This document shows, one piece after another, positions 183,670 through 199,703 of a DNA stretch of 248,000 bases. The position numbers were made by a program, and so were the translations under genes. The notes under the pieces are model-generated. The model was not told the DNA's origin and searched no databases. It saw nothing but the letters and a program-made list of their open reading frames with translations. Location of the stretch: contig VRVR01000013.1 of NCBI GenBank assembly GCA_009859145.1, forward strand, positions 144,001 to 392,000. Reading direction: 5' to 3'. Numbering within the stretch: the first letter of the stretch is position 1; the number at the start of each line of letters is the position of its first letter. This DNA comes from Andalucia godoyi And28. Lineage: Eukaryota; Protista; Jakobida.

Positions 183670-184977
183670 CTAGGTTTGTTCTCCGGGTTTAGGAACGACC
183701 CAGGCCTTTTGGCGCTCGCGGGCATTCCAATTCAGACACTCGGCAAGGTCTCGGAACCAGCTGCTTCTGCTTTTTCCTCTTTTCCCGTCTTCGGTCCGCA
183801 CGAATGTCCCGAGCGGATGCGGACTTCGCGCGATCCAGACACACTCGCCGCGCTTGATTTCTCTTCGATTGCGCCCGTCTACTGATGCCCATGCTGAACA
183901 CCGAGAATCTTCCGGTACTCTCAGACAGATCACAGCCTGGTCGGGGAGGACCAGTGGTCGAAACGACAGAGAGTGCGGGCAAATAGGTGTCAGCAAAATG
184001 GCCGGCACGCTTGGATGGACCATGCTTCCGCCTGCGCTGAGCGAGTATGCAGTCGAGCCCGTTGCGGATGCGACAATGACACCATCTGCCGAAATGTGAG
184101 TGACAAACTCGCCGTCGACGTAGCATTCGATGCCGGTCAAATACGGAGAGACGCCCCGGTCAATGACGACTTCATTGAGCGCCGTGAGCGAATGGTACAT
184201 TTCCGCTCCTGTCTCTGCGTTCCTTTTCAGAATCAGATCGTCGAGCGTCGTTCGTCGCGGTTCAAAAGGATAGTCGTCTGAGAAAATGACTTGTATTCGC
184301 ATTCGCAGCAAGATGGGATGATCCAGATTGTCATCGTCCACCAGGCGACGGAGGATGTCTTCGTGCTCGGATATGAAGAATGGAGTCAGAAATCCCAGTG
184401 ATCCGAGATGAAAGGACAAGATCGGCGGTGCTGAGCGTGGAAACAACGACGAAATGTGAAGCACTGTTCCATCACCCCCCAACGATACCACAAAGTCAGG
184501 CTCCTCAAGCGACTTTGAAGGAGAATCCAGCGACGACAATGACAGCGACGACGACGACGACGTCGACGAAGAAGCGGATGAATTTCCAATGACGAACGAC
184601 GCACCGGATCCATTTGGAACTCTGTTGGCCGAAGAGGAAGCTGAAGCACCAAAAGAAGCAGTCGTTGCAGTAGAAGAAGCAGGTAAAATCGGCGATTCCA
184701 CTAGAGGAGAATGGATGTGTAGAGACGAAACACCAATATCGGCATCGGCATCGGCATCGCCATTGCTGCAACCGCTACTTGAATCCGCTTGACTTGGTTT
184801 GGACAGTACTGGATACGAGTGAAGAACACGAACTCCGAGATAGAGCTCCAGGTAGCGCACAATCTCACGACGAGCAGCCTCGACATCCGGGTCGTTTGGC
184901 TTTGACACAACAAGCACTGTTCGTGGTGCGTGGTCAAACTCCAGACGCATTGTCGACACAGAACGCGGAATCTTCAT
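183670..184977 (-). CDS. NAD+ kinase
   Basis: LGGDGT, ALNE, ATGSTAYSLSAGG. Confidence 0.92.
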   Translation of the reverse strand: MKIPRSVSTMRLEFDHAPRTVLVVSKPNDPDVEAARREIVRYLELYLGVRVLHSYPVLSKPSQADSSSGCSNGDADADADIGVSSLHIHSPLVESPILPASSTATTASFGASASSSANRVPNGSGASFVIGNSSASSSTSSSSSLSLSSLDSPSKSLEEPDFVVSLGGDGTVLHISSLFPRSAPPILSFHLGSLGFLTPFFISEHEDILRRLVDDDNLDHPILLRMRIQVIFSDDYPFEPRRTTLDDLILKRNAETGAEMYHSLTALNEVVIDRGVSPYLTGIECYVDGEFVTHISADGVIVASATGSTAYSLSAGGSMVHPSVPAILLTPICPHSLSFRPLVLPDQAVICLRVPEDSRCSAWASVDGRNRREIKRGECVWIARSPHPLGTFVRTEDGKRGKSRSSWFRDLAECLNWNARERQKAWVVPKPGEQT

Positions 184978-185107
184978 TTTTCCTGTACATACATCAAAAG
185001 CCCCGTATTCACCCTCAGTTATTCCAGCCTTTTCTCTCGAGCAATTCTACACAGTTTAGTATAGCGATCCGTGCAAAACTGTTTACCCTTCAACCCAAAC
185101 CTCTCTC

Positions 185108-185488
185108 CAAACATTCGGCTCGAAACGCTGCGCCTCAAACAGATTATTCGGTGTAAAAAGGGACGTTTTTTACAGTCAGCATCAGCGCCGATCCAGTGAC
185201 GTTCCCCTTTTGATTGGGACATCCGTGGGTCTGCGCATCGCAAACAGAAGCAACCTATTCTTTCGTTCAGAGCTTTCGTTCAGAGCTCTCGAATGGATCA
185301 ACTAGTGCATTCGTTAGAACCGTTCGGACCCTCGGAACCAGGAGAAAACCAGGGATTTCAACGAGCTTCGTTTATTGCCATTCCGCATATTTTATCCACT
185401 TGTTCTTTCTCTCTCTCGATCCTTCATTCTCTGTTGTCAAATCGAGCGGATGTTTTATTGATTGTTGATTGGCAATGGCGTGCGCCAC

Positions 185489-185526
<38 letters not shown>

Positions 185527-186060
185527 GCCCCGCGGCGGAGGAATCATCGATCACAAGGAATGCGGCTGTCAAGTGCTATCTGTCGAAGAGGCTTGTGCCC
185601 GGCAGGTTCTCACATAGATCCAACAAGCGGGAGGAGGGAAAGGCGCACCACCGGGCGTTCAAGCAGGCCTTGGAGAATATGGTAACAAATATCAACAAAA
185701 TCTCTTGCAGTGCGTCGCTTCTGTTCAATCATCATCTTCTGTCCCATATGCAAAACGGAGCCAGAGTCCCAAACTTGGTTTCCTGGAGGGATTCGTCACT
185801 GCGCACGGTGGGCAGCATCGATCCACACACAGAATTGCTCTGGACACGGAAACCATCAAGCTTCATTCCCAGCAGTACAATACAAAACAACCTTTTTCAA
185901 CTATCATCCCAGCGTCCTTCTCAAAAGGATCCAAGCCATCGTCTCCGGAAGGGGCGGTTTGTGATACTGTAAATTCGCCCATTGCACGGCTCTGCGCTAG
186001 AAGTCCCGAGACAGGAATGCGGCTCTCAGCAAAACTGAGCTGTGGACGACGACGATAGCC
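185108..186060 (+). mobile_element. Family D copy 2: Fanzor1-like relic
   Basis: AVKCYL..NINKISCSASLLFNHHLL; PASFSKGSKPSSP; SRDRNAALS. Confidence 0.65.
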
Positions 186061-186216
186061 AAGTCAAAACAAAAATAAGAACAGTAAAAACAGTTGGTCG
186101 CGGTTCGTGCCTGTTCACCTAGTAACATACACCATTATCTTTACAGAACGTGCCCAACGCAATACAGAATGGTCTGCAACATCAGACAGATAGATAAATA
186201 AGAAGACCGAGGAGGA

Positions 186217-188427
186217 TCAGGGACGATAGGATTCGCTGCCTTCATCGGATTCAACTTCCCAAACGTCTCCTGCAATTCCGCTGCCTGCCTTGTTCAGCAG
186301 AGAAAGCAGATCCCGAACTTCATCCTGTATGAGACGGACCTCGTCTGATCGTACAGGATCCGACATGATGCTTCGGACAGTCTTGAGAGACGCCGCAATG
186401 GAATTGGTTCGATCGACAATGTCTCGAGCTTCGTTGAAGTGTCGCGCTTCCTGGTGGCACTTTGCAAGGAAAATCATCGCGCGAGCCGTCATGATGGAGC
186501 GCTCACCAAACGCGGCTTCAGTTTTTTGAACCATTTGCTGTGAAACCTCGATGGCCTTATCCAACGACCGATCTCGGCGATGCAGAGTGGCAAGAGACAG
186601 ACGAATGTGGAATATCTTCTCTTCTTCATCTTGGATATGTGCCTGGACAATATGGCTGTCCGCAATTTCGAAATGGGAAGGATTCGTGGTGTTCATAGTG
186701 CTGTGATGGTTTCCGCTTGTGCTGATGCTGCTTCTGCGGCTCCCTGGAGACGTCGCGTCCAATGAACTGGTGCCGGAATGCCGGTAAACAGCAATAATGT
186801 CTTCCCCTGCGATCATGGATACCTCCAGCATGTTATTTGCCTCGTCGAATCGTTGCACAGAGAAGCAGAGCTCCGAGCAGTCCTTTGCAGCTGCGAACAG
186901 GGACTGGAGCGATCGAACCAAAGACACCATGATTCTGTTGTACGTTTCGCGAAGTTCTGTCTCTACCTGCGGATCGTGCCGTTTAGAGGTTCGGCGCTCT
187001 GGACTCGCCAGCTCTTGCAACCTGGTGGAAATTAGAATACTCTGCTTCTGCAGCATCTGCACGGACCTCCTGAATTCGCGACAGGACTGCCTAAAGTACT
187101 GCAATGCGTTTTCCACATGAATTACAATGCTCGAGGAGTCCTTCTTCGGCGTGGTCGTCATCAGCCGACCGGGCGTTGGCGAGGGGACTTGTGACATCTT
187201 TTCCTGCGTATCTCTGTACTTGGACCACTCGAGCATTGCGATCTCTCTGTATACCTCTCCCATGTCCATGAGGATCGACGCATGAAGTTCCGAGTCCGGA
187301 TGCAGCGCATTGATTCTCGCCGCCACCGCATCGCAAAGTCCCCATGCCTTTTCAAAGAACTGCAGAGACCGCTGGTACTCGCCTTGGATCGCAAACAGCT
187401 TTCCACCGGCAAAGTAGATCGCAAACGATGGATCCCGTTTCTGTCCAGTCTGTCGACCACCACCCCCGCTCCCACAACTGCTGCTTCTGTGACTGTCCAA
187501 TGCCCCAGAATCGTTGAACGCCGAGAAGGACACGGAATCATTGGAGGACATCATCATTGACTTTCCTTCAGCAGCCGTTGCCTTTGGATACTCTGCAATC
187601 CAGTCCATTGCAGAGCGCAAACACTGGTACGCTTTGGAATAGTTGGCCAGCAGGGTATGACAAACCCCCATCGACAATAGCAGGTTGGGAATCCAGTTCA
187701 CAATATCCGACTTTGCGACATCGCTTCCTTCCGGGACGTCAAAGACAGACTGCTTTGATTTTCTTGCAGACTCTGCAGTCGGCCCAAACGATCCGGCATC
187801 ATCGTCCCAGTCATCAAACTCGTCGCTCCTTTGCCTCCTGTTGTTTGGACTCGGGATGTAATCAGGATCCTTGATGATGGACGTGAAGATTTGAAAAGCA
187901 GCCTTCAAATGTTCCGAAGCCTGCGAGTTCATGGAGAACTCCATGTAACACGCCGCAAGATCCCAGTGCGCAAGGCCCACCTGGACTGATTTTGTGCCAA
188001 ATTGCACTCTGCTCAGTGCAATAATCTCGACTTTGGCGTCGCAAACCGCAGTCTTCAGCTCTTCGCGATGGCCCTCATATCTGAGTTTCTGCAGAAAAAG
188101 TTCGGAATACTCGGACAGTGCGATAATGCGCTCGCTGGGTGGAACATCTGGATGGATCATTCGACTCGACACACGGTCAATCGACGCAGCTTGTCCTTGC
188201 AAAAACGAGCTTGCAAGACGCGGACTCTGGATATACCGCTCCATCAGATTCGCAGGTCTGCTCCGCTGTGCACACATCTCTCTCTCTCTCTCTCTCTCTC
188301 TCTTTGAAAAATACTCCACGTCAGACCACCCCGCCAAACCAAACGCATTTGCAGAAGAAAACAAATACAACCCTCCACAGTCCGCTTTCCAAACGACCCG
188401 CCGTTTCATGATCGTAAGAGCAGACAT
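186217..188427 (-). CDS. TPR-repeat protein
   Basis: Multiple TPR-like helices. Confidence 0.55.
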   Translation of the reverse strand: MSALTIMKRRVVWKADCGGLYLFSSANAFGLAGWSDVEYFSKREREREREMCAQRSRPANLMERYIQSPRLASSFLQGQAASIDRVSSRMIHPDVPPSERIIALSEYSELFLQKLRYEGHREELKTAVCDAKVEIIALSRVQFGTKSVQVGLAHWDLAACYMEFSMNSQASEHLKAAFQIFTSIIKDPDYIPSPNNRRQRSDEFDDWDDDAGSFGPTAESARKSKQSVFDVPEGSDVAKSDIVNWIPNLLLSMGVCHTLLANYSKAYQCLRSAMDWIAEYPKATAAEGKSMMMSSNDSVSFSAFNDSGALDSHRSSSCGSGGGGRQTGQKRDPSFAIYFAGGKLFAIQGEYQRSLQFFEKAWGLCDAVAARINALHPDSELHASILMDMGEVYREIAMLEWSKYRDTQEKMSQVPSPTPGRLMTTTPKKDSSSIVIHVENALQYFRQSCREFRRSVQMLQKQSILISTRLQELASPERRTSKRHDPQVETELRETYNRIMVSLVRSLQSLFAAAKDCSELCFSVQRFDEANNMLEVSMIAGEDIIAVYRHSGTSSLDATSPGSRRSSISTSGNHHSTMNTTNPSHFEIADSHIVQAHIQDEEEKIFHIRLSLATLHRRDRSLDKAIEVSQQMVQKTEAAFGERSIMTARAMIFLAKCHQEARHFNEARDIVDRTNSIAASLKTVRSIMSDPVRSDEVRLIQDEVRDLLSLLNKAGSGIAGDVWEVESDEGSESYRP

Positions 188428-189039
188428 TCTTGTCGGGTCATTGTCGGGTCATTTCAACTGAAAAAGCGCAGTGAAAACTGTCTGCGTTTTGTTTTATATC
188501 AATTTTTTCCACCTGATCATGTTCATTGCATTCTTATTGAGCATTGCAAAAAATGGAAGAAATTTAATTAAGACGCCGGCATCAATGGCTGTTCCCCGCT
188601 TCGGAAGAACATGCTTGAAGCAGTGTTTGTGGATGCAATATTGCAGGATCGCATTTGTCCAGCACCGCATCTGAACGGCCCCGAGAGTGATTATGCAAAT
188701 ACTCATGATCATGACGATGATGATGCAAAAGGCCGCAAAGGAGCCGCAGCAGTGGCATAGAAACAAAAGCAGAAACAGAAGCAGCAGGCACGGTTGGAAT
188801 GCTGCCCAACAGGGATGGATGCTGCCGCCTATCCAAGCAGAAACCCGACGATTTGCCCAAAGCGAACGCTTGGCATTCTCCGGGTAGACAATATGAGATG
188901 TAATTATCGTTCCCCGCTCGAAACTGTATCCATTTATACCGTCATTTTTAAAATACGATTATAAAATCAAGAAGAAGAAAAGGAAAGGAAAGATTAAAAA
189001 GAAATCACTGCAAAAACTGGCAAAAATATCTGCTCTCAC

Positions 189040-189067
189040 GACAGTTGATACACACAGCTGTCAACCG
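189040..189067 (+). mobile_element. Isolated family C right end
   Basis: gttgata-cacacagc-tgtcaac-cg. Confidence 0.5.
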
Positions 189068-189456
189068 TTTCATGTCCTAATATTGCAGCATCCGCAGTCC
189101 GCTTCCCTAACGACTTCTTGCGCCTACATTATACACTGAACATGCATATCTACGAATAGACATGCATATTCAAGCTTGCATCCCGTTGCCGGGAAGGGGG
189201 TAGGCCCTGTATCGAGCGGCGTAGGCGAATGCGTCATCCCAGCGCACCCACGCCCATATTTGAATAAAAGAGTGAAACCAAAAAACCAAACCAACGAATG
189301 ATAGAATAGATGGCTACGGATGCTGCGTTAAAGAGCGCCGAAAATGCGGAGCCTGTGCCACCGGCTGAATTCTGGCCGAGCGTGCGTAAGCACGAATTTC
189401 CTGTGAACCAAACGAGCCGGTGTCGGCCAGTATCGACCGTGTCTGTTTACGTATAT

Positions 189457-191712
189457 CATGGAGACGTTGGTTAATCGGTTAACCGGTTAACCTAATAACC
189501 AATAACCAGACTGACCTTGGGCTTGGTTACTAGTTAAAAGTGGTTACACTACGGTAGATTTCCTTTATTCGCTAAGAATCTGCTACATCTACGATGTCCA
189601 CGAAGTCATCGCCACCATCTTCTGAAGCACTGATCTCTGTAATATCTCGCTTGATAGACGCTACCACGTCTCTCATGACACGGCGTCCATTCAATCTGAT
189701 CATCAACTCAGCATCTAGCAAGTCAAAGGAGATGTTGTGTCTTCCGTCGACAAGTTGGCCTTGAACAGAGAATGTCCGTTCCACATCGGCCTGCGTGCAG
189801 CCGACTTCTGATAAAGCTAGCACAGGACCAGCGATCAGAACATCCCGATTGAAAGCTGCAGTGTCCAAAAGGAGACGAAATCATTCTCGTATTCTTCCAA
189901 ACAGCCGAATGCATTCGAACGCATCCTGTACTCCGCCAATTCACGTTCTACCTGTGCCTTGATTTCCCCTCGTCGTCGTGAAAGCACAGCAGCAGGCGGG
190001 TCCTCTTTTTGAAGAGCAAATCCAAGACAAAAATCGACAGTCTTCCGAAAAGCATTCGCTTCCAAACCTGCAATGTTGAGATCTCTGCGCTTCACTGGAT
190101 CGAGAAATGCCAGAATTGTAGACAATAATGAATGATTGAGGTTTGAACTCCAGCGGGCAGTGTACGCATTGATGACCGCGTTGCAGAGTTGTATTTTCAG
190201 GGAATCTTGGGAAGCATCTCGGATCTCTGTGACTTCACGACCTGCTTTCGCCAAGACGTCCCACAGAGAAATCGCTTGGAAAGCTTCGGCTTGCACGGTG
190301 TCCGTAGCGCAAGCAAAGGGCTTCATCGCAGTGCAGAAGGCAGTCAACTTGTTCTTCCACTCTTCAGAGCAGAACTGATTGGCTACGGAAGTACCACCTA
190401 TTGCACTGGAATAGGCGTTCCAGCGATCAAGAACACGTCTTGCAGCGTTATAATGAGAGTTCCAGCGAACATCAATGGGCTTGACGATCTTCAAAGGAGT
190501 TATAGCAGGTTGAATAACCTGCACCGCATGGAAAATCTTTGCAACTTCCTGCTGTCTGAATGGTGCGAGAGATGCTGACATCTGCTGCATAAAGTCAGGA
190601 ATCTGCTGGGTAATTGCGTCTTTCACAATCAACTGAATCGAGTGTGCAGCACAGCGGACGAAAAATGCCCATGGGCGAAATTGTGCTATGTATGATTCAA
190701 TCCCGCGAACGAAATTAGCTCCATTGTCAGAACAAAAGGAAACCACTGTCACCCTGCCACCGCGCTCGATGTCTTCAACAATCTCTTTTAGGATAGCACA
190801 GATCCTGTCTCCTGTTAAAGACTCTGTTAACAGAAGACCTTTGTAGTAGTACGATTGGTTTCCCACAACAACGCAGAAATTCAGCCACGATCCGTTTGTA
190901 TTGTCAGCCTGGGTCGAATCGCACATGAGACAAGCAGCGTAAGAGCTCTTCACAATTTTCTCGACCTCAGACCGCACTTCTGCTGCCAGACTCCGTACTT
191001 CGGACTTCATTGTCTGTTCCGACATATGCACACCAAACGCTTGTCTGAAAGACTCGTTTCGCAACAACTTGTAAGACAAACGATTGTCGGCAAAAGCGAA
191101 AGCAATCAATGTTTTCCGTTCCGCTTGATTCTTCTTCATTCGTTCAAACAATGTCGGTAAATTGGAAGACGAACCAGAAATGGTTCTCGACATTTCAACG
191201 GGAGCAGACATTGCATGGGCATGCTGCAAATGATAAGCACAATTCGAAGTTTGGAAACGAATTTGGTATGTCTTTTCATCATGTGCGCACAGCAGACATC
191301 GCGCTTGTTGGGCACCATTTACAACGAAATAGGACGCCACCCAAGAACGGCATTTGTCCGCCACCATGAATCCTTCCGTTGCAAGAAGAGCGATGAGTGC
191401 TTTCTTTCGATCGGCAGTCAAAACGGACATTTGAGAAAGGCGGTGAAAACCGAAAAGTCACTTTTTTTGAGAATTTCGTCACTAGAAAATGGAAATGCTG
191501 GAAAACAGGACAGCAGAGATGGAAAGTCGAGCGAAGGGCTTGGTGCGATGGCAAGGAACTCAGGGCTCAGGTCCTCTTCAAATGGCGTGATCACCACATT
191601 TGGCTGATTCAATGATCTGGATTGATGCCTTCTGGCCACAGCTAACCGGTTGTTAACCGTTAATAACCAATAACCGACTCTTCGCCGGTTAGCGTTAACC
191701 AGGGTCTCCCTG
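189457..191712 (-). mobile_element. hAT DNA transposon
   Basis: 8-bp TSD acgtatat (189449-189456, 191713-191720); imperfect TIR CA(G/T)GGAGAC..TGGTTAA. Confidence 0.9.
189572..191430 (-). pseudogene. hAT transposase with one frameshift near 189850
   Basis: BED finger, CDS and DNG catalytic Asp, CAAHSIQL, VRWNS, QADVERTFS dimerisation domain in second frame. Confidence 0.85.
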
Positions 191713-192113
191713 ACGTATATTCCCCCGTATATGCATGACAATGACTTGTCATTATTCAACGGTTTCTTTTTAACATATTCATACGCCAGAAAATAGTGAG
191801 TGGAGAATAGGAATTATTACGCAACATCTACATTACACTCGCGATCAACCGGATAAGTGCGGAATAGCGTTTCCCTAGCTCAGTGCAGTCTTTTCCTATT
191901 GTTGTATATACAGAGTTTTACTTTTCTTTTTGTTTTTACTTTTGCTTTAACTTTCACTGTTTATTCCCCTCCGTTTTGTTCGACATCTAATAATAATAAT
192001 TACGGTTATTTTTCTGTTTGGTGTTTTGGGCTCGTCGGTTCCCCTCGATTATTCATCGTCATTACCTAAACCTAAACCTTGTGCATAGTTGGAAAGAGTT
192101 GATCCGCTAGTGA

Positions 192114-195914
<3,801 letters not shown>

Positions 195915-196250
195915 CCCAGTAGCAGCATTGTGCTTCCTTTTACTATTACTAATATTAATTTTTGTAAATTCTTGCCGGAAACAGTTCGTTTTTGCACGCA
196001 GCACTGAGCTTCCCTGTGGCCTGCCGTACACGGGTAACTAAAAAAAAGTGTCCGGGTAAATCCCGCTGCAAAACAGGCGGATTGCCTGATATGGGTGTCG
196101 TTGACAGTTTGGAAATCCGCACGATTCTCATTGCAGTCTTTTCCGTTCTTCTTCTTTTGGAGACTTTTCTAACTCGATAATCTGGATACTTGCATCGTGC
196201 TGAAAGGTTGAGAGGGCGCACGCACACACGAAGTACTCGATGCATTACCG

Positions 196251-198482
196251 ATGCTGAGTAAATCCAAGCTCGCTCCATTGCAGAAGGAAGCTGTACGCCC
196301 GCCGATTGTCCAGGCTGCGCCAGCTCAACGCAGCCACAGACCCGCATCCGTTTCTCCACTACGGTCGACAGACAATCTGCATGGCTCTTCTTATGCTGCT
196401 GCGGAGGTATCGTCGCCACAGACCCCGGCCCCACTGTTGCCGGCGGCGTCGAAGCATCCGAGTCATGTTGTGGAGACCGACGAGCCTCCTGCGTCAGCTG
196501 TGATTGGGTTTGAGAAAGCCGACTACAGTATCATGGAAGATGATCACGAGAAGAGTGCGTCACGAGACCGTCACCCTCTCAAGGAATCCAGCCCTGCTGC
196601 CCTGCAGCGCAAGAACAGCGAAAACAACAGCAGCAAGAGCAACGACAACGACAAGGATGCGGTCGATCCTGGAAGCCGTGGAAGTGGGGGTGGTGGTGGA
196701 AATAAGAGACCCGGTCACGGATCGGGTGACACGGGCTCGCTTCCTTCGTTCTTGGAAGTTGCGTTGCAAAAGCAAAAGAACGAGTATGTGCTGCGGCCGT
196801 TCTTTCTCACATACTTTGACACGAGAGAGTTTTTGAACTTCACGTGGAAGAACTATCGAGAAGACCACATTTTGGTGAACACGCGGTTTCTGGACTGGGA
196901 AGAAGGAGGGATGGATTCGCTTGGGAAGCTGATGTGGCTTGTGAAGTTTGCAAGCGTGTTCAGTCCCGATAGGACGAGACGGTTCATGTTGATTCGACAT
197001 TTGCTGGCTTTTGTGATTACGTACTCGTTCCTGTCGTGGGAGGCTGCGTCCATTAATGCTCTCATGAACAGTTCGACGATTGGAGAAGAGTACGTTGGCA
197101 TGTGGATGTTCTTGATTTACTTACCTTACTACTTCTATCAGACCAAGCTATTCTACCGAAATTTTGACTCTCATCAGGATGTTTCCACGGAAGATGTCCT
197201 CAACGGCTTTGTAGAGCGCGACGCGGAACAGGGAGCAAGCGGAGCAAAAGCGGCCCACTTTGAAATATCGTGGTCCTTGTTGGTGCGACTGATTCGACCA
197301 GTTTGGCTGACAGAGCTTGGAAAGTTCGCTTTCAACATGTGCGTTCTCCTGGCGACGACGGTGACGTGGCTGAGCACGGCGCTGCGTCTGTGGTACATGT
197401 ACATGGCAGGCATCTTCACTGTGGATAATGTCGTGTTCACGTTGTGCATCCGACTGACATGCTTCTGGTACCTTAGCATCGTGTGCGTGCTGCAGCTTGC
197501 CTTGTACATTACGCCATTTTTTATCGTGGCATATCGTGCACGGTTCCTGATGCGAGAATTTGCGTTGCGGGACAACTACTACCATTTGCAGTACGGATTT
197601 GACGATGTCACATTCGAATTCCATTCTATTGCCACATTCCTGCATACACTGTCGTCGAATTTGAGTTTTGCGAACAGTTCCGCGATTGTCATCATGTCCG
197701 TCCTTTCCATTGCGCTTTTCTTCAATTTTGCACAGTCCAAGTTCTTCAATGCGGATCCGTTTTTGCTCATTGCGGTCATCTTTTTGCTCATTATCGTCAT
197801 GATTCTTCTTTGTGGTTGTGCGTACGCTACGTATCACACGCAGCGACTGACACAAGTTCTGGCCTCGGAAAGGGGTCAACTAGGACCGCGGCCGTTCCTG
197901 CTGTCCGATTCGGCTCGGAAGCACACCCATGCTGCAGAACCTGCAGCGCGATTGCAGTTTCTCCACACGAGGTCAAACAGCTACAGCAGTGAGGCTTCCT
198001 TGGAAGAGGAAGGAGATGTGGAAGCTGCTGCTGCGACTTCAGAGGACAAGACAGCAAGCAGCGACGCAGAGTCTTCCAACATCCGTCGTCGAACGAACAA
198101 GATCATCCAGGGTACTGTGCATGAGATCGGAAGCAAGGTCAAGCAGGGCACAACGGTATTGTTTTCGCAATTTAACAAGCGGTTGCAAGGCATAAAAGGC
198201 GCGATGGGTAGCAGTGGGTCGGGTGGAAAGGCTGCGCTGGCAGATCTTTCGCAAATCAACTCTCAATTTTGGAGGGAGTACGCTCAAATGGATGTCGAAG
198301 AGCTGACACAGCGCAATGCGCAGCTTCGGCGTGACTTTGATTCGTTTGCGACATATGTGAATCTTTCCCATCCGGGTGGGAAAATCTCGGGCGTTGTCAT
198401 TTCGTTCGGCTTGGTGAAGGCCATCGCGTACGGATTTGCTTCCTTGTTTACTCTCGTGTACCAGTTTGCACAGACATTTTGA
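196251..198482 (+). CDS. Multi-pass membrane protein of unknown family
   Basis: About 7 hydrophobic segments; C-terminal TM. Confidence 0.5.
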   Translation: MLSKSKLAPLQKEAVRPPIVQAAPAQRSHRPASVSPLRSTDNLHGSSYAAAEVSSPQTPAPLLPAASKHPSHVVETDEPPASAVIGFEKADYSIMEDDHEKSASRDRHPLKESSPAALQRKNSENNSSKSNDNDKDAVDPGSRGSGGGGGNKRPGHGSGDTGSLPSFLEVALQKQKNEYVLRPFFLTYFDTREFLNFTWKNYREDHILVNTRFLDWEEGGMDSLGKLMWLVKFASVFSPDRTRRFMLIRHLLAFVITYSFLSWEAASINALMNSSTIGEEYVGMWMFLIYLPYYFYQTKLFYRNFDSHQDVSTEDVLNGFVERDAEQGASGAKAAHFEISWSLLVRLIRPVWLTELGKFAFNMCVLLATTVTWLSTALRLWYMYMAGIFTVDNVVFTLCIRLTCFWYLSIVCVLQLALYITPFFIVAYRARFLMREFALRDNYYHLQYGFDDVTFEFHSIATFLHTLSSNLSFANSSAIVIMSVLSIALFFNFAQSKFFNADPFLLIAVIFLLIIVMILLCGCAYATYHTQRLTQVLASERGQLGPRPFLLSDSARKHTHAAEPAARLQFLHTRSNSYSSEASLEEEGDVEAAAATSEDKTASSDAESSNIRRRTNKIIQGTVHEIGSKVKQGTTVLFSQFNKRLQGIKGAMGSSGSGGKAALADLSQINSQFWREYAQMDVEELTQRNAQLRRDFDSFATYVNLSHPGGKISGVVISFGLVKAIAYGFASLFTLVYQFAQTF

Positions 198483-199703
198483 TCACTGACAGAGTCGGAT
198501 TGATACCCATTCCTCTTTCACGCATCTTTTTTTGTTTGCTGTTTGCCTTGGGCTACAAAGTCCGCTCCGCTGCGTGGAAAAATCATAGTACGAAACCAGC
198601 GCGAGTGAGCTCCCGCGATTGAGAGCGGTGGCGATCGCCTTTTGCATGCGCGCACACCACCGCGCATTCTTGCTCTGGGTCCTGCTGTTTCCTGGATTAA
198701 AACACAATCTACACATTGCTCTCAGAACACGTTGTGGTGAATGAACGAAGCCATCCATTAATCAGAATTTTTGAAAAGGTACTCAGTGACGTCTTTCGAC
198801 CGGGTCGAAAATTAAACAGATACCCGTCGTGGCGGTTGGCGAGTCCTCGGTGCATCACTCTGGATTTTCGACGTATGGCGCCCACGTTGTACACGGAGTA
198901 TGCATGACCATCGCTAGTCATGGGTCATCAATGTTGCAGCGTACCGAACAGCATCCTTCCCAAAGACAGTAGGATAAAACATGCCCCGCCTCCGATTTCA
199001 TTTTCATGAGCTCGGCGGGTTGGCCGACGATCTTTTCGACGGCTTCGAGGTTGTACATGTTATGGGACCGGGGTGCGACAGCCCAGCGTCAGAGAGTTGT
199101 GACGGAAATGTCACACGTCTTGCGTAGCGTGGCAGGGTGGGTGGGTCACGTACATTTGACATCGCGTGGAAAGCGAAAAACAAAAACAAAAAAAGCACTG
199201 ATGGAGGCAAGAATACGTGAACCGGCCATGGTTGCTGCTTTGAACAGTGTCACAAAAATTAGCGTCTGAACAATTTGGGGCATTCCATATAAATAGCCTC
199301 GAACCTTGGGTTGTTAAGCGAACAAATCCGGATTCTCATCTTCGCTTGCTGGTTGTTGTTCACGTACGTTCATGCAGGCTGCTTTGTTGCCGCCTTTGTG
199401 AGAATCGGTGTTCGGTGAAGAAGTTCCATTGCTGCGAATTCACCTCTGCATTCAAGTTGTGTGGAACGTCAAGTTTGCATCATTTGAGCGTGCATTGTAT
199501 TGGCGACAGTCTGTCTCATCTCATGGCATGCAAACGCGCCTTGCAGCATTCTCCACAATGTCCGGTGTGTGCAGGATGATTACTATGTACATGATGCAGT
199601 TCGATATTAATAACACCAGCCGTCCGTCCTTCCGTACAAGCTGGCTTCCGTACACATTCTTCAAGTGAGCACTGGGCGTGCAGAGGCGGGAACGTAAATC
199701 GCG

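Larger units (their letters stand above)
189121..191759 (-). mobile_element. Family A1 copy 3, interrupted by a hAT element
   Basis: A1 sequence resumes on both sides of the hAT; perfect UUCG hairpin at 189138-189171. Confidence 0.8.

Noticed and set aside
199260-199560. Cys-rich text resembling a TnpB zinc finger (KKFHC)
   Set aside because: No EEYTS or DRD motif in register; could be chance.
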